Assembly (NCBI GenBank): GCA_964234715.1
Contig: OZ174277.1
Source: Podarcis melisellensis
Taxonomy: Eukaryota
Strand: one strand, 5' to 3'
DNA length: 64,000 nt
In this document: one piece after another, positions 12,256 through 24,059 of the stretch
Layout of the letters: each line of letters starts with the position of its first letter
Numbering within the stretch: the stretch's first letter is position 1
Program-made: the position numbers and the translations under genes
Notes under the pieces: model-generated
Seen by the model: the letters and a program-made list of their open reading frames with translations, nothing else
Database searches by the model: none
Told to the model about the DNA's origin: nothing

Positions 12256-13430
12256 TTATTTATACCCCGCCCATCTGGCTGAGCTTCCCCAGCCACTCTG
12301 GGCGGCTTCCAAAAGAATATTAAAATACTGTGATACATCAAACATTAAAAGCTTCCCTAAACAGGGCTGCCTTCAGATGTCTTCTAAAAGTCTGGTGGTA
12401 GTTGTTCTCTTTGACATCTGGTGGGAGGGCGTTCCACAGGGAGGGCGCCACTACCGAGAAGGCCCTCTGCCTTGTTCCCTGTAACTTGGCTTCTCGCAGT
12501 GAGGGAACGATGGGGGTGGAGACACTCCTTCAGGTATACTGGACCGAGGCCATTTAGGGCTTTAAAGGTCAGCACCAACACTTTGAATTGTGCTCGGAAA
12601 CGTACTGGAAGCCAATGTAGGTCTTTCAAGACCGGTGTTATATGGTCTCGGCGGCTGCTCCCAGTCACCAGTCTGGCTGCTGCATTCTGGATTAGTTGTA
12701 GTTTCCGGGTCACCTTCAAAGGTAGCCCCATGTAGATTGCATTGCAGTAGTCCAAGCGTGAGATAACCAGAGCATGCACCACTCTGGCGAGGCAGTCCGC
12801 AGGCAGATAGGGTCTCAGCCTGCGTACCAGATGGAGCTGGTACACAGCTGCCCTGGACATGGATTTAACCTGTGCCTCCATGGACAGCTGTGAGTCCAAA
12901 ATGACTCCCAGGCTGCGCACCTGGTCCTTCAGGGGCACAGTTACCCCATTCAGGACCAGGGAATCCTCCACACCTGCCCACCTCCTGTCCCCCAGAAACA
13001 GTATTTCTGTCTTGTCAGGATTCAATCTCAATCTGTTAGCCGCCATCCATCCTCCAACCGCCTCCAGACACTCACACAGGACCGTCACCGCCTTCACTGG
13101 TTTTGATTTGAAAGAGAGGTAGAGCTGGGTATCATCCGCATACTGATGAACACCCATCCCAAAACCCCTGATGATCTCTCCCAGCGGCTGCATGTAGATG
13201 TTGAAAAGCATAGGGGAGAGGACAGAACCCTGAGGCACCCCACAAGTGAGAGCCCAGGGGTCTGAACACTCATCCCCCACCACCACTTTCTGAACATGAG
13301 GAAGGAGCAGAACCACTGTATGACAGTGCTCCCAGCCCCTCAAGACGGTCCAGAAGGATGTTATGGTCGATGGTATCAAACGCCGCTGAGAGATCCAGCA
13401 GAACTAGGAAACAGCTCTCACCTGTCCGGG
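12207..13430 (-). mobile_element. 5'-truncated L2-type LINE with partial reverse transcriptase
   Basis: ORF 12384-13379(-) has GVPQGSVLSPMLFNIYM, YADD, WMAANRLRLNPDKTE, SRLDYCN, LHWLPV motifs; (TAA)n tail at 12207-12254; frameshift near 13300 and internal deletion near 12507. Confidence 0.9.
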
Positions 13431-13717
13431 CTGCATGCAATCGGAGAGGGCGCTGATAGCATAAGCACTTGTGTCACCTTTGATTCTGTATGTACCACAG
13501 TTTCTAACAGTAAACAGAGGCTGTCTAGTTACTAAATATTAATGTATACATTTTAAACAGTTTTATTGTTGTAATACTATGTTAATACTTATACTATATT
13601 TATACTTTCAGTATTTGTTATGCATTATTTTGAATCCCTTTCTACATTGTCATCTGTGTATTCTGTATGATAGTCACATTTTTAATACATACTGCCTTTT
13701 ATGTTCTTATTTTGTAG

Positions 13718-13990
13718 ATGAAGAAGATGTAAAAGAAAAAGACACTAGTACCATGTTGGGCGAAGGAGGAGAAAGTGGGGGTCTTGTGCCAGGAAAATCT
13801 CTTGTATTTGCTGCCATGGAGCTCCTAATGTTTATCCTAGTACGACACATGCCACATCTGAGCACAAAAATGTCAGATTCTCCGAGTCATATCTCCAGCA
13901 GAACCCAACAGCTTCCAGAAGAAAGTGCTCGTCTTGTAGCTGCCACAATTGGAATTCTGTCTGACCTGCCCACTCTCTGTTCCCCAGCTG
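13718..13990 (+). CDS. HEATR5B: HEATR5B coding exon
   Basis: tttgtag acceptor; [47 protein letters not shown]...[11 protein letters not shown]; G|GTAATG donor. Confidence 0.94.
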
Positions 13991-14546
13991 GTAATGCAGT
14001 AGATCTTTCTTAAAGATCTTTCTTTAAGAGGTTTTGCAGAAAGTGTATCTTGGATAGTGAAATGAAAGCATGACAGGTTGAAACCTGTTTTTAAAATGTG
14101 GAAAGTGTTCGGAGAAATGTTTGTGATGGTGGCACAGACAAGCAAAACAGGCTCTAATGCAATCTTTCCCAACCAGCATTGTGTTGGCTGAGGCTGATGT
14201 GATTTGTAGTCCAAAGCATCTATTATCTATTAAATTTGTATACCACCCGTCATCCAAAGATCTCAGGGCGATTCACAGCATAATCCCCCGCCCCTCAGTG
14301 GTTCCTTGAAGGGACAGAATTTCCATTCCTTTAGCACTTGTTTTCCCCGAACTGCACGTCAGTTTATGGAGTACCTTTAAACCTCAGAGATTTGCTTCAG
14401 TAGAGCATTCTTGAAATCTGTATGCATTCATTTCAATAAACGGAACCCAGAACTTATTTGGTAAATGAAAAAATGATAGGCAGCTTTGAGTCAGATTTTT
14501 AACATTATAGCCATGCACAATCAGGAACGGCTGCTATTAGGACGTA

Positions 14547-14908
14547 AAGGTAAAGGTACCCCTGACAGTTAAGTCCAATCGCGAACGACTCTGGGGTTGC
14601 GGCGCTCATCTTGCTTTACTGGCTGAGGGAGCCAGCATTTGTCCGCAGACAGTTTCCGGTTCATGTGGCCAGCAGGACTGAGCTGCTTCTGGCGAAGCAG
14701 AGCAGCACACAAAAACACCGTTTACCTTCCCGCCAGAGCGGTACCGATTTATCTACTCGCACTTGATGTGCTTTCGACCTGCTAGGTGGGCAGGAGCTGG
14801 GACCGAACAACGTGAGCTCACCCCATCGCGGGGATTTGAACCTCCAACCTTCTGATCGGCAAGCCCTAGGCTCTGTGGTTTAGACCACAGCACCACCCAC
14901 GTCCCCTG
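14547..14908 (-). mobile_element. Sauria SINE, full length, with 10-bp TSD
   Basis: (AAAGGT)n tail, Sauria SINE body and tRNA-like head on the minus strand; TTAGGACGTA at 14537-14546 and 14909-14918. Confidence 0.88.
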
Positions 14909-15469
14909 TTAGGACGTATTTACTTCCAAAATGACACGTATATGATACTTTAGTTTCACTAGGAAAGTGAAAGAGTAATAGAGTGCATAAGAAAAGTCCC
15001 ACAGGAAGCCTGCAAGCAGGTGCTGAATGCAGTAGCAGTCTCTCCACTTGCGATTCCCATCAACTGGTATTCAGAAGCATGTTTCCTCCAACAATAGAGG
15101 TAGAACATAGTAATCATGTTTACTTCTATAGTTTGATATGAGCCTCTTTCCCTTTTATTCCACAATGGTAGTCAAGGCGCCAGGACAGATTTGAAGCATT
15201 ATGTGCAATGTTGTATTTTAACACGTGGTGTGAGATGGACACACAAACAAAATCCAGTGGTTCTGGAGTGCATGGATAGCTGTATGCCTACAGTGGCTTT
15301 TCTGTTATATGACTCCCGATATGCTTCGTGTGTAACAGTGGGTACTGCCCAGCAGATAATACTTGCTCATGTGAAACACTACATAGAATATAGAACTATG
15401 GATCATGCCTATGGTGTAGCATTTTGTTCTTACACTCATGTGCAAGAAAATATGTTTTTTATCTTTCAG

Positions 15470-15694
15470 GATGCATGACAATTTTGCCCACAGTCCTGTT
15501 TCTAATAACTCAAGTGTTAAAAGATACTGCAGTGAAAACAACAGGAAACCATGTCCCCCCGCCAGTCTCCGCAGCACTTCAAGGATTGAAAAGTATTGTA
15601 ACTCTTCCAATGACAATGAATGAAGAAATACACAAACAGTGGACAAATCTTATCCGCAGTACCTTGGCCTCAATTTTGGAATACCCTCAGCCAG
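15470..15694 (+). CDS. HEATR5B: HEATR5B coding exon
   Basis: ctttcag acceptor; [23 protein letters not shown]...[16 protein letters not shown]...[18 protein letters not shown]; G|GTAATT donor. Confidence 0.94.
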
Positions 15695-16432
15695 GTAATT
15701 TGCATACAAACACAGCTACTAAAAAAATAAGCAAAAGGGACTGTTCTCATAGGAACCAAAACTGGTGTACTTATTTCAATAATCATATTGCTATTCTGTT
15801 AGATCTATAAAATTAAAAGAGAAAAGAATTAAGGATGCATATGGGGGTGTCCAAATCTTCTTTGGTGTATTAGTGCTTCTTTGTAGAGTCCAGCATTCTC
15901 CTTTAATGCCATAAAAACCCCATGTTTGTTGAGTTTGAACTTCTTCATATATGGCAAGAGTATTAGGATACATGAGCAATTCAGTTCATTTATTAACAAA
16001 AGGGGACTAATTTGACAAAATAAAAGTGTGTTGCATATTTTTAATAAAAAAGCAGAACAAAAAGGTATACTGGATTATTAAATATATCAATATTTTTAAC
16101 AATTACATTATTGTGAGTCATTCTGTATGTTGCCTATATCTGTGGAATGTAGTTTTTAAAATCTCATGGGGATCAGAAAATCTTAAACTTACTTTCCAGA
16201 AACATATCAAGTGCAATCCTCTTCCATGTTATATCATAGGGTGGTGGTGGTTTTTACCACAAAAAACCTGGGCTGAAAGGGTTGTGCAATAAAACATTAT
16301 TATTATTTAAATCAGAAATATTATATTTATTTTCCAGTATTTTCTTACTTTGTAACTGAGCAGTTTCATTTTGCCTGTTTCAAAACCGTTTTAGTATAAG
16401 CTCTCATCCTGTTTTCACTGGATTTTTTTCAG

Positions 16433-16584
16433 AGGCCTCAAGGCCTATTCTGGATGAAGTCAGCATGCTTACAGCTATTGCACTCTTCCTTTGGTCTGCA
16501 AGCACAGAAATAATTGGAGTGCAGTCATTACAGAATGGCTGCATGAATAGATTCAAAATGGCACTGAACTCATCTGATCCCTGG
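16433..16584 (+). CDS. HEATR5B: HEATR5B coding exon
   Basis: tttttcag acceptor; [50 protein letters not shown]; GTGAGT donor. Confidence 0.93.
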
Positions 16585-16960
16585 GTGAGTATTCCATTTT
16601 CACCCCAATGACCCAGCATTTATTAAAAGTTTACTATCCCTAAAGCTACCATTTGTGCGGTTAAAAAAACCCTGCATGTACTCTTAATTCTCCCGTGCAT
16701 GTAAGATGTTCGCAAGTGGGACTTCATTTACACAACTTAACCTACATATAGCCATATATCAACATAAAAAACATTTCTATTTTGATTTCTGGTTAACGAT
16801 TGGTTAATGTGGTGTAACATTTTAACAAACCAAAGCTACCATCTAACTCAAAAAGACAGGGATTCACTTTATACTAGCAGTGCTTTCTTACAGCTTTTTA
16901 ATAGTAAATAAGTGATATAGGACCTCAAATAGGTAATAAATGTGGGCTATTTACAATATA

Positions 16961-17311
16961 AAAGGTAAAGGGACCCATGACCATTAGGTCCAGTTGTGAC
17001 CGACTCTGGGATTGCGGCGCTCATCTCGCTTTATTGGCCAAGGGAGCTGGCATACAGCTTCCGGATCATGTGGCCAGCATGACTAAGCCGCTTCTGGCGA
17101 ACCAGAGCAGCGCACGGAAACGGTGTTTACCTTCCCGCCGGAGCGGTACCTATTTATCTACTTGCACTTTGACGTGCTTTCGAACTGCTAGGTTGGCAGG
17201 AGCAGGGACCGAGCAACGGGAGCTCACCCCATCGCGGGGATTTGAACTGCCAACCTTCTGATCGGCAAGCCCTAGGCTCTGTGGTTTAACCCACAGCGCC
17301 ACCCGCGTCCC
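16961..17311 (-). mobile_element. Sauria SINE, full length
   Basis: Colinear and highly similar to 14547-14908; AAAGGTAAAGG tail. Confidence 0.88.
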
Positions 17312-17964
17312 ATATTACAAAAATACTTAACAAACAAATAGTAACAGACAAAAACAGTACCGCCTCCCCACACATTTTAAAAGGCCATAGATTGTTTAAT
17401 TAGTCAAAAACCTGGAAAAAGAAGAATGTTTGTTTTTTGCCTGGTGCCTAAATATATACAACGAAGGTGCCAGGGAAGCCTTCCTGAACATAAACCTGCC
17501 AATAGTGATCTAGGAACATTAGCAGTTGATGATACCATTTATAATAAACACAGAGAAAAATTTAGTCGGAATAGGAAATAATTCAGAACTTTAAAAAGAC
17601 ATTTTAGCTAATCTACTATTCGTCTACTATATACCTCTGTTAATTAAAAAAACTTGCCGTGTTACTAGCTGATTCCTCAGCAGTAAATGAAGTTATACCA
17701 TGTATTGAACTGTGATTTTCAAATATGGAACAAAATCAATTATCCCAAATTATTCGCACTCTGTGTAGTTCCAGAGTTTGTACCATGACAGATACTGTTT
17801 ATTAAACAGATGAAATGACCTAGGACATAATTACCAAGTAACAGTGTTTCTTGACCATTTGAATTGCCTTGTTTTCACTTTTCTTTCATGAACCGTTATT
17901 AACATTGTGATGGTTTCACTACCAACCCTAAACTAACACAGCAATCTTTTTTTATTGTGATTAG

Positions 17965-18178
17965 GTTCAAGCCAAATGCTACCAGCTTCTGCTTTCTGTA
18001 TTCCAACACACCAATCGAGCCCTCTCAACCCCCTATATCCATTCGCTGGCACCAATATTAGTTGAGAAACTGAAAAGTGTAGAGATCAACCGCCCAAACA
18101 ACAAAATGGAACTTTTAGCAGTCCAGGAAGGAATCAAAGTTCTTGAAACACTGGTAGCTCTTGGAGAAGAACAGAATA
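17965..18178 (+). CDS. HEATR5B: HEATR5B penultimate coding exon
   Basis: gattag acceptor; [37 protein letters not shown]...[20 protein letters not shown]; A|GTAAGT donor. Confidence 0.93.
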
Positions 18179-18411
18179 GTAAGTAGCTTGAATAATAATT
18201 CTCAGATTGTACAGTACCTGTAATAGTTCTTTTTCTAAAGCTAATTGTCACAGTGGGAGGAATGGTTTCATAGACGGTGGCTGGGGAGAGAAGGATTAAA
18301 CCTACACCTGGTATTTAATTTTAAATACCATACAGCATGATTGCTAATCATGTCATTAATGCTTTGAGGATAGGCTGTAGTTTCCTAGTTCAATGTCACT
18401 GCTAACAGACC

Positions 18412-18572
18412 TAGTGCGCTGCTCTGGTTCGCCAGAAGCGGCTTAGTCATACTGACCACATGACCCGGAAGCTGCACGCCAGCTCCCTCGGCCAATAAAG
18501 TGAGATGAGCGCCGCAACCCCAGAGTCGTCTGTGACTGGACCTAATGGTCAGGGGTCCCTTTACCTTTACCT
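18412..18572 (+). mobile_element. Sauria SINE 3' half
   Basis: Reverse complement of 16961-17115; ends CCTTTACCTTTACCT. Confidence 0.85.
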
Positions 18573-19466
18573 ACCCTAGAATGTGGCATTACCCCAAAGT
18601 AGTTTTTGGAAATTATGAATTTATAGATTATGGACTGTATCCAGTTGTGTCCCTTCAATCACAAATTATTTGACCCAGTAAAGGCTTCCATGAGTGGAAG
18701 AGTGAGTCAGCAAAAAATAGCTGCTCCCCTTTCCCACTGTGTGTCTCCACCTCTGCCAAGAAATACCGGCTCCAGAAGATTTGACTAACTCTTAGAAACA
18801 GTGTAGGAGGAAGCACAGGCAGCTGCAGGAGAAATGGGGAAGGGGCGTAAAATTCACTTTCCTCCCTTTTCTGGTCCCGGGAGATACATTTCAATATATA
18901 ACAGTCACCCTAGTCTGAATCTGTAATAGGCATGGAACTCTCACACTCTAAAAAGCTAACCTATTTGTTTCAATTGGTGAAGCAGATGTTGCATTATTGA
19001 TTTTTAAAAACCAAGATGGCTCTTTCAGTGAAAAGGAGCAAAAGCGGTCTGCACATGCAGATGGTTCACTTGTGCTTCAGAGTGCACGCAGCAAACAAAT
19101 CTGTAATAGTGTGAGTTACATGCTTTGTGATATGCTATGATAATTCAACAGAATCAAAAAGAAGATATAATAAATGCCACCTGTTCTTCTGCAGGTTATA
19201 TATTGCTAAATGTAGTTTTATCCTATATCTGCCCCCATGGTAACACAGTACCTTAGGGAAACATTTGGCTGTTCTGGAACTGAGCACAGTGTGGAGTTGC
19301 GAGGCGGTCCTAAAAATAGTTCTTTGGCTTTCCTTTTTGGATTTGTATTAGTCAGAAATGGATTGAGATTTTGGAGTTTTTATTCTTTAACAGAAATAAG
19401 TGAACATGATGCTCTGAGTTCAAGTCCATAATTTTAAATCTGTTCTTTTTCCCCCCTTCTCCTTAG

Positions 19467-19771
19467 GAGTCCCACTGCTTGCGCTTCTTGTTCCCACCCT
19501 TATTTCTTATTTACTGAATGAGAATGCTTTCTCTTCTGCATCTGTGGTCTCAAAAGAACTTCATGAGTTTGCCCTCCAAGACCTAACACGCATTGGACCC
19601 CTTTATCCTCATGCATTCAAGACAGTCATGGGAGCAGCCCCTGAATTGAAAATACGGCTGGAAACTGCAGTGCGAGCAAGCCAGGCGAGCAAAGCAAAGG
19701 CAGCTGCCAGGCAACCACCACCCACAGTACATTCCACTCCAACAATTAAACTTAAAACTAGCTTTTTCTGA
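19467..19771 (+). CDS. HEATR5B: HEATR5B last coding exon (stop TGA 19769-19771)
   Basis: Long pyrimidine tract plus ttag acceptor; [17 protein letters not shown]...[43 protein letters not shown]...[10 protein letters not shown], recognised as the HEATR5B C-terminus. Confidence 0.95.
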
Positions 19772-20480
19772 TTTATTCTTATTGGAACCAATCATAAAAT
19801 TGATCGCCATGCAATATATCATTCCTTTTGTGTTGCTGAATAGCACTCTGTATTTTTGCATTGTTTGTCTGTGGCTATCCACTAGGGGTTTAGGTTCCTA
19901 GGTGTGTGTTATAACTTGAAATCTGTGCATTTTAAGGGACGTAATATTATCTATATGTACATAGATTTTTATGAAATGGAATAAGTTTGATCATGCATCT
20001 GAGTCTGTGTTAAACTATCTCCTGTAACAAAGTGTTTCGTGTGTTACTTGGTGGCCTATATTTTTAGACTTTTAGAAATATCAGGTTCAGTGTGTGGTTA
20101 TAAAAGCTGGGTATATATTTATTTTCCCTGGGCAAATTCACTGATGTGAGGGGGGGGGGGAGGGCAGGCCTGCCCCTAGGGCCAGGTGTGGCAGTCGCTT
20201 TGAATGCTCCACTGCTAGCAGAAAAGCAGCACTGGTTTCCAGCAGCACAGGTAAGGGAGGCTTGTGGGGTGGCAGTGGGGCATCAGCAGAGTCAAGCAGC
20301 AAAACAGGAAGTGCCTTCCCTGAGGGAGAGAGTAGGAAATTCGTGTACATTAGTATTTATCTAGTAATGTCAGATGCGGTAACACATTTTTGTACTAAAC
20401 ATGCACATACACAACATGTCAAGCCTGTTATGTCATGTAAAAAAAAAAAAAGAACCACTGGTTATAACCAGATTCGACAG

Positions 20481-20602
20481 GGATAGCCATATTTGTCTTG
20501 CTACAACAAAAACAAGAAGACATCTTTGGTATCTTTTAAGACCAACACATTTATTGTAGCATAATATTGCATTTACTGAAAATCCAGTTTGTCAGATGCA
20601 TG
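20481..20602 (-). mobile_element. Penelope-like element terminal repeat remnant
   Basis: Minus strand GCATCTGACAA...TATGCTACAATAAATGTGTTGGTCTTAAAAGATACC resembles reptile Penelope pLTR ends (from recall). Confidence 0.55.
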
Positions 20603-21347
20603 CTATGGTGGATAGATACCTCTTTGTAACAGGCATAATGTGTGCATATAATTTATAAAAAATACGCACAACATTGCAATCAAAACTCCATTGTGAAAAA
20701 TACTTAATAGAACAAAAATGTGACAGAATTGCACTTCTTTTTGCCAAATGTTCCTGTCAAGACTACTATAGACCAAGATGACCCATGAAAAGACAAACAA
20801 GAGGCCAAGACCCTATGTTTCTTTTTTTCCATATTATTTGGTTCTTTACTAAAAGAGGTGTACTCTTAGGCAGCACGTTTATTGCCAGTTATATGACACA
20901 AACACAGTCCACACTAGCAGCTTGTTATCTAGTACAGAAAGCATTTTCTATAAGGAGATAAACTTGATTTTCATAATACTTCTATGTCTTCTGTTAAAAA
21001 AAGGACCAGCAACTGAAACAATTTCACTGAACAAGAGAATCTTCTGCTTCACAAAGGAGCCTTGCTTTCCTCTGGTAAAGCTAGTACAGGACCATGAAGT
21101 GAATGGGCAGTGGATGGTGTTCATTCTCTGCTAACACTAAGCCCCTGTTGTCTGAGCTTTCCACAATCTAGTTTGATCTTAGAAACATTTTCATGCTTCT
21201 GGTTGAGAAATGTCTGTGGGCCTCGCACATTACGTAAGATCAGTCCTCTAAGTTATGGATTTTTCGGAAGGGTAGGGCTGTTTTGTTGTCATAGATTCCT
21301 GAACTGTTTGCAGTAATAGTGTGGGAGTTACTGAATGATCTTTATAA

Positions 21348-21399
21348 CTAAAACAGGCTGGACAAGATATATATATATATCTTGTCCAGCCTGTTTTAG
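21348..21399. repeat. Perfect 52-bp palindrome
   Basis: CTAAAACAGGCTGGACAAG-(AT)7-CTTGTCCAGCCTGTTTTAG. Confidence 0.95.
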
Positions 21400-23051
21400 A
21401 TCATATATATATTTAATGATTCTCAAAACTTACGGATCCCTGATAATTTTAAAAATGAAATTATTACCCAACTAGCCTGATAATCTATTTTCATACTTTA
21501 AACATACTGAAAGTGTTCTATGAGAAATGTGAACTATTGTGACCCACAATGAAGATAAGAGATGGATGCAAACAGCGCTTGTATAAAAGCCAGCTGGCAG
21601 GGGTTTTTTTTATATGCATAGAATTGCATCCAAACTGCAAAAGAATGCATGTAGGAGACAGAAGACTGAATATGGTTGTCACAGCAACTCCTGATACCAA
21701 AATAGTTTATTGGAAGGAGACTGGTTCATGACAGTGGTAGGCGTAATCCGCTGCCCTTCACCATCTCTGGTGTATAGCTTTGGTCTGTTCCTTCTGATTA
21801 TGAGACATTATTCCAACTCTGCAAGCTTCCTAACCAAGCTTCCTTCAAGTAGGATTGGGGGGGGGCAGGGCTTGAGGCTTATGAACACCCCATCCTACTT
21901 GAAAATCTATGCTTGTCAGAGCTCTAATTGTGACAGCAAAGCACATACTGCAGTACTTAAGCAAACCAACTGTGACAGTAAACATATATTTTCTTAATAA
22001 GTGATCATTACGTAATAATTGCAACTCTTTGAAGTTGCAATTTGAATTTTTTAAAAAACTTTTAGGCTGTAGTTTTTTGTTTGTTTTTAGTCTAGTAATA
22101 CCAGTTTTCCACTTATCTCGGTAAAACCACCCTATAAAGTGGGACTGGATGACTAGGAGAGGCTGACTTAAGCTGTGTCTTTGTTGGCCCAAAAATCAGT
22201 TCAGTTTAACAATGATTGCACCATAATATGCAACTTGTTGGGATCTTCAGGAATAGTGTTGCATGGTCATCTTTAATCTTAGTCTCTAGATTCTAGAGTT
22301 AGATATTCCTGACCCAAAACCTCTGTGGTCCAATCCAGCGGGCAGTCTATTTCAACTCAAATATGCCCAATATAAATGGTGAAGGATTAAATTTTAAAAT
22401 AAAGGAGGCAAACGAATGTGGGTGTCTAACCAATTACTCCCTGGAAGTCTCTTCTTTTTCCTCAGCTGAGCTCCAGAGCAGTAGTCTCTGCTGAAAAAAA
22501 GGCACTGCTAAAAGAAAGGCACAGAGCCACATCCTTCGTTACCTTAACAATGCTTAGCTAGAAGGCTACTATCACATCTAGAAGTGAGCCTGGCTGTTTC
22601 AGGAATTTGAATCCTGAACTCTGAATAGTTGCACTGGAGTGCAGAAGGAGTTAAAATGTAGTTTGCACACTTTTAAAATGTCTTCATATCTGGTAGTACA
22701 CAAAGGATAAGCAAACCAGAATAGCTGTTATGAATACAACCAAGTTTTTTTTTAATGTAGTATTTCTTGAAAACAAGGTTTAAATTACACAAACAAATAT
22801 TAGATGCTTTGAAACTGCTTTGAGCTCAGTGCTGCAGGAGGAGCTCAGTACTGTGGAGGAGGAGACGAATCCAAGAAATCAATATAGAGGAACAAAAGAA
22901 ATAAAAATACCATAAGAATATCTCACAGCTGTTCTATGAAGAACTAACCCACAACCTGAAGGGTGGCTGATCTAATCAAAGAAGAATGTGAAATTCTGCA
23001 TAGGATTAGTTCTCCAGACCTTCTCTTAGTCAAAGAAATGAACAAATAACT

Positions 23052-23315
23052 AGTGAAGGTTTTCAGTAAAGCGTCTGGATTGGGCTGCATTGTGAAGGGT
23101 TATCCTTGTCAGGCTGTGGTTTAGTGGTTAGAGTGTTGGGCTAGGAGACCAAAACGCAAAACCCTACTCAGTCAGGAAGTTCATTGGGTGACCTTGGCCC
23201 AGTCTTAGCTTAACTCACCTAACAGGGTTGTTTTCTGAGGAGAAAATGAGGAAGAGTCGAGGAGGAGAATCATGAAGGCCACCTTGAGCTTAGAGGAAAG
23301 GTGGATGTAAACACA
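23052..23315 (+). mobile_element. MIR/CORE-type tRNA-derived SINE, decayed
   Basis: GGTTTAGTGGTTAGAG A-box-like head; GGGTGACCTTGGCCCAGTC...CCTAACAGGGTTGTT core. Confidence 0.6.
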
Positions 23316-24059
23316 ACAAAGCATAGGCATCATTTATAGACTTGGCAATAAATGTCTTCTGTTTATCTAGGGGAAGAGAGGAATCAATAATCAAACAATG
23401 TCTCCGTTGGACAGAAGCAGAAGCAGCTGCCTCAGGGAGTCAAGTGCTGGGACTAGGGGCGAGCTTATGAAGGACAGAGGTGTGCGCGCAGCTAAGTGGC
23501 CAGTCCTTCACTGGCAGTGGAGGACGCTGTTTCCGCTACTGCCAGTGGTGTAGAATGAGTCCATTCCCAGTTTGATCAGATTCTGTACTGGAAAGGGGAG
23601 ACCTCGTGTCCTTTGCCTCTGCTCCCATCAACACCACGCCGGCTCCAAACATCTTTTTTGCCTAATAGGACAAGCCCTGATTTTAGCTTCAAAGAGGCTC
23701 CTAGAGTATCCATAGGTTGTGTAAACTGGGATCAAATACAAGCGTCTGCATAATTACTTTTGTAAGATGCTAGTGCACGTGTAGCCCCCCCCCCCTTTTT
23801 AACAGATGTTTGCATTTTAAATATCTAAAATCCCAGTGCACCTGACCGTAGACTATTCAGAAGTAGCATGTTCAGTCCTCAAGGAAACTTCAGAGCTTTT
23901 AAGTGATATTTTGGGACGGGGCTTTCCCAAGCATATCTTCCTTTCTTCCTGACCACGAACGATGCACAGTCAACTCTCTCCTATTTACAGCCATTTAATC
24001 CTGAGCAGAGAAAACGGTGCGGAAGGGCAGTTACAGAATCCATTTGCGACTAGCGACTT

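Noticed and set aside
12384-13379. 331-aa reverse transcriptase ORF as a functional or domesticated gene
   Set aside because: 5'-truncated L2 copy with a frameshift near 13300, an internal deletion, no endonuclease domain and a simple-repeat tail.
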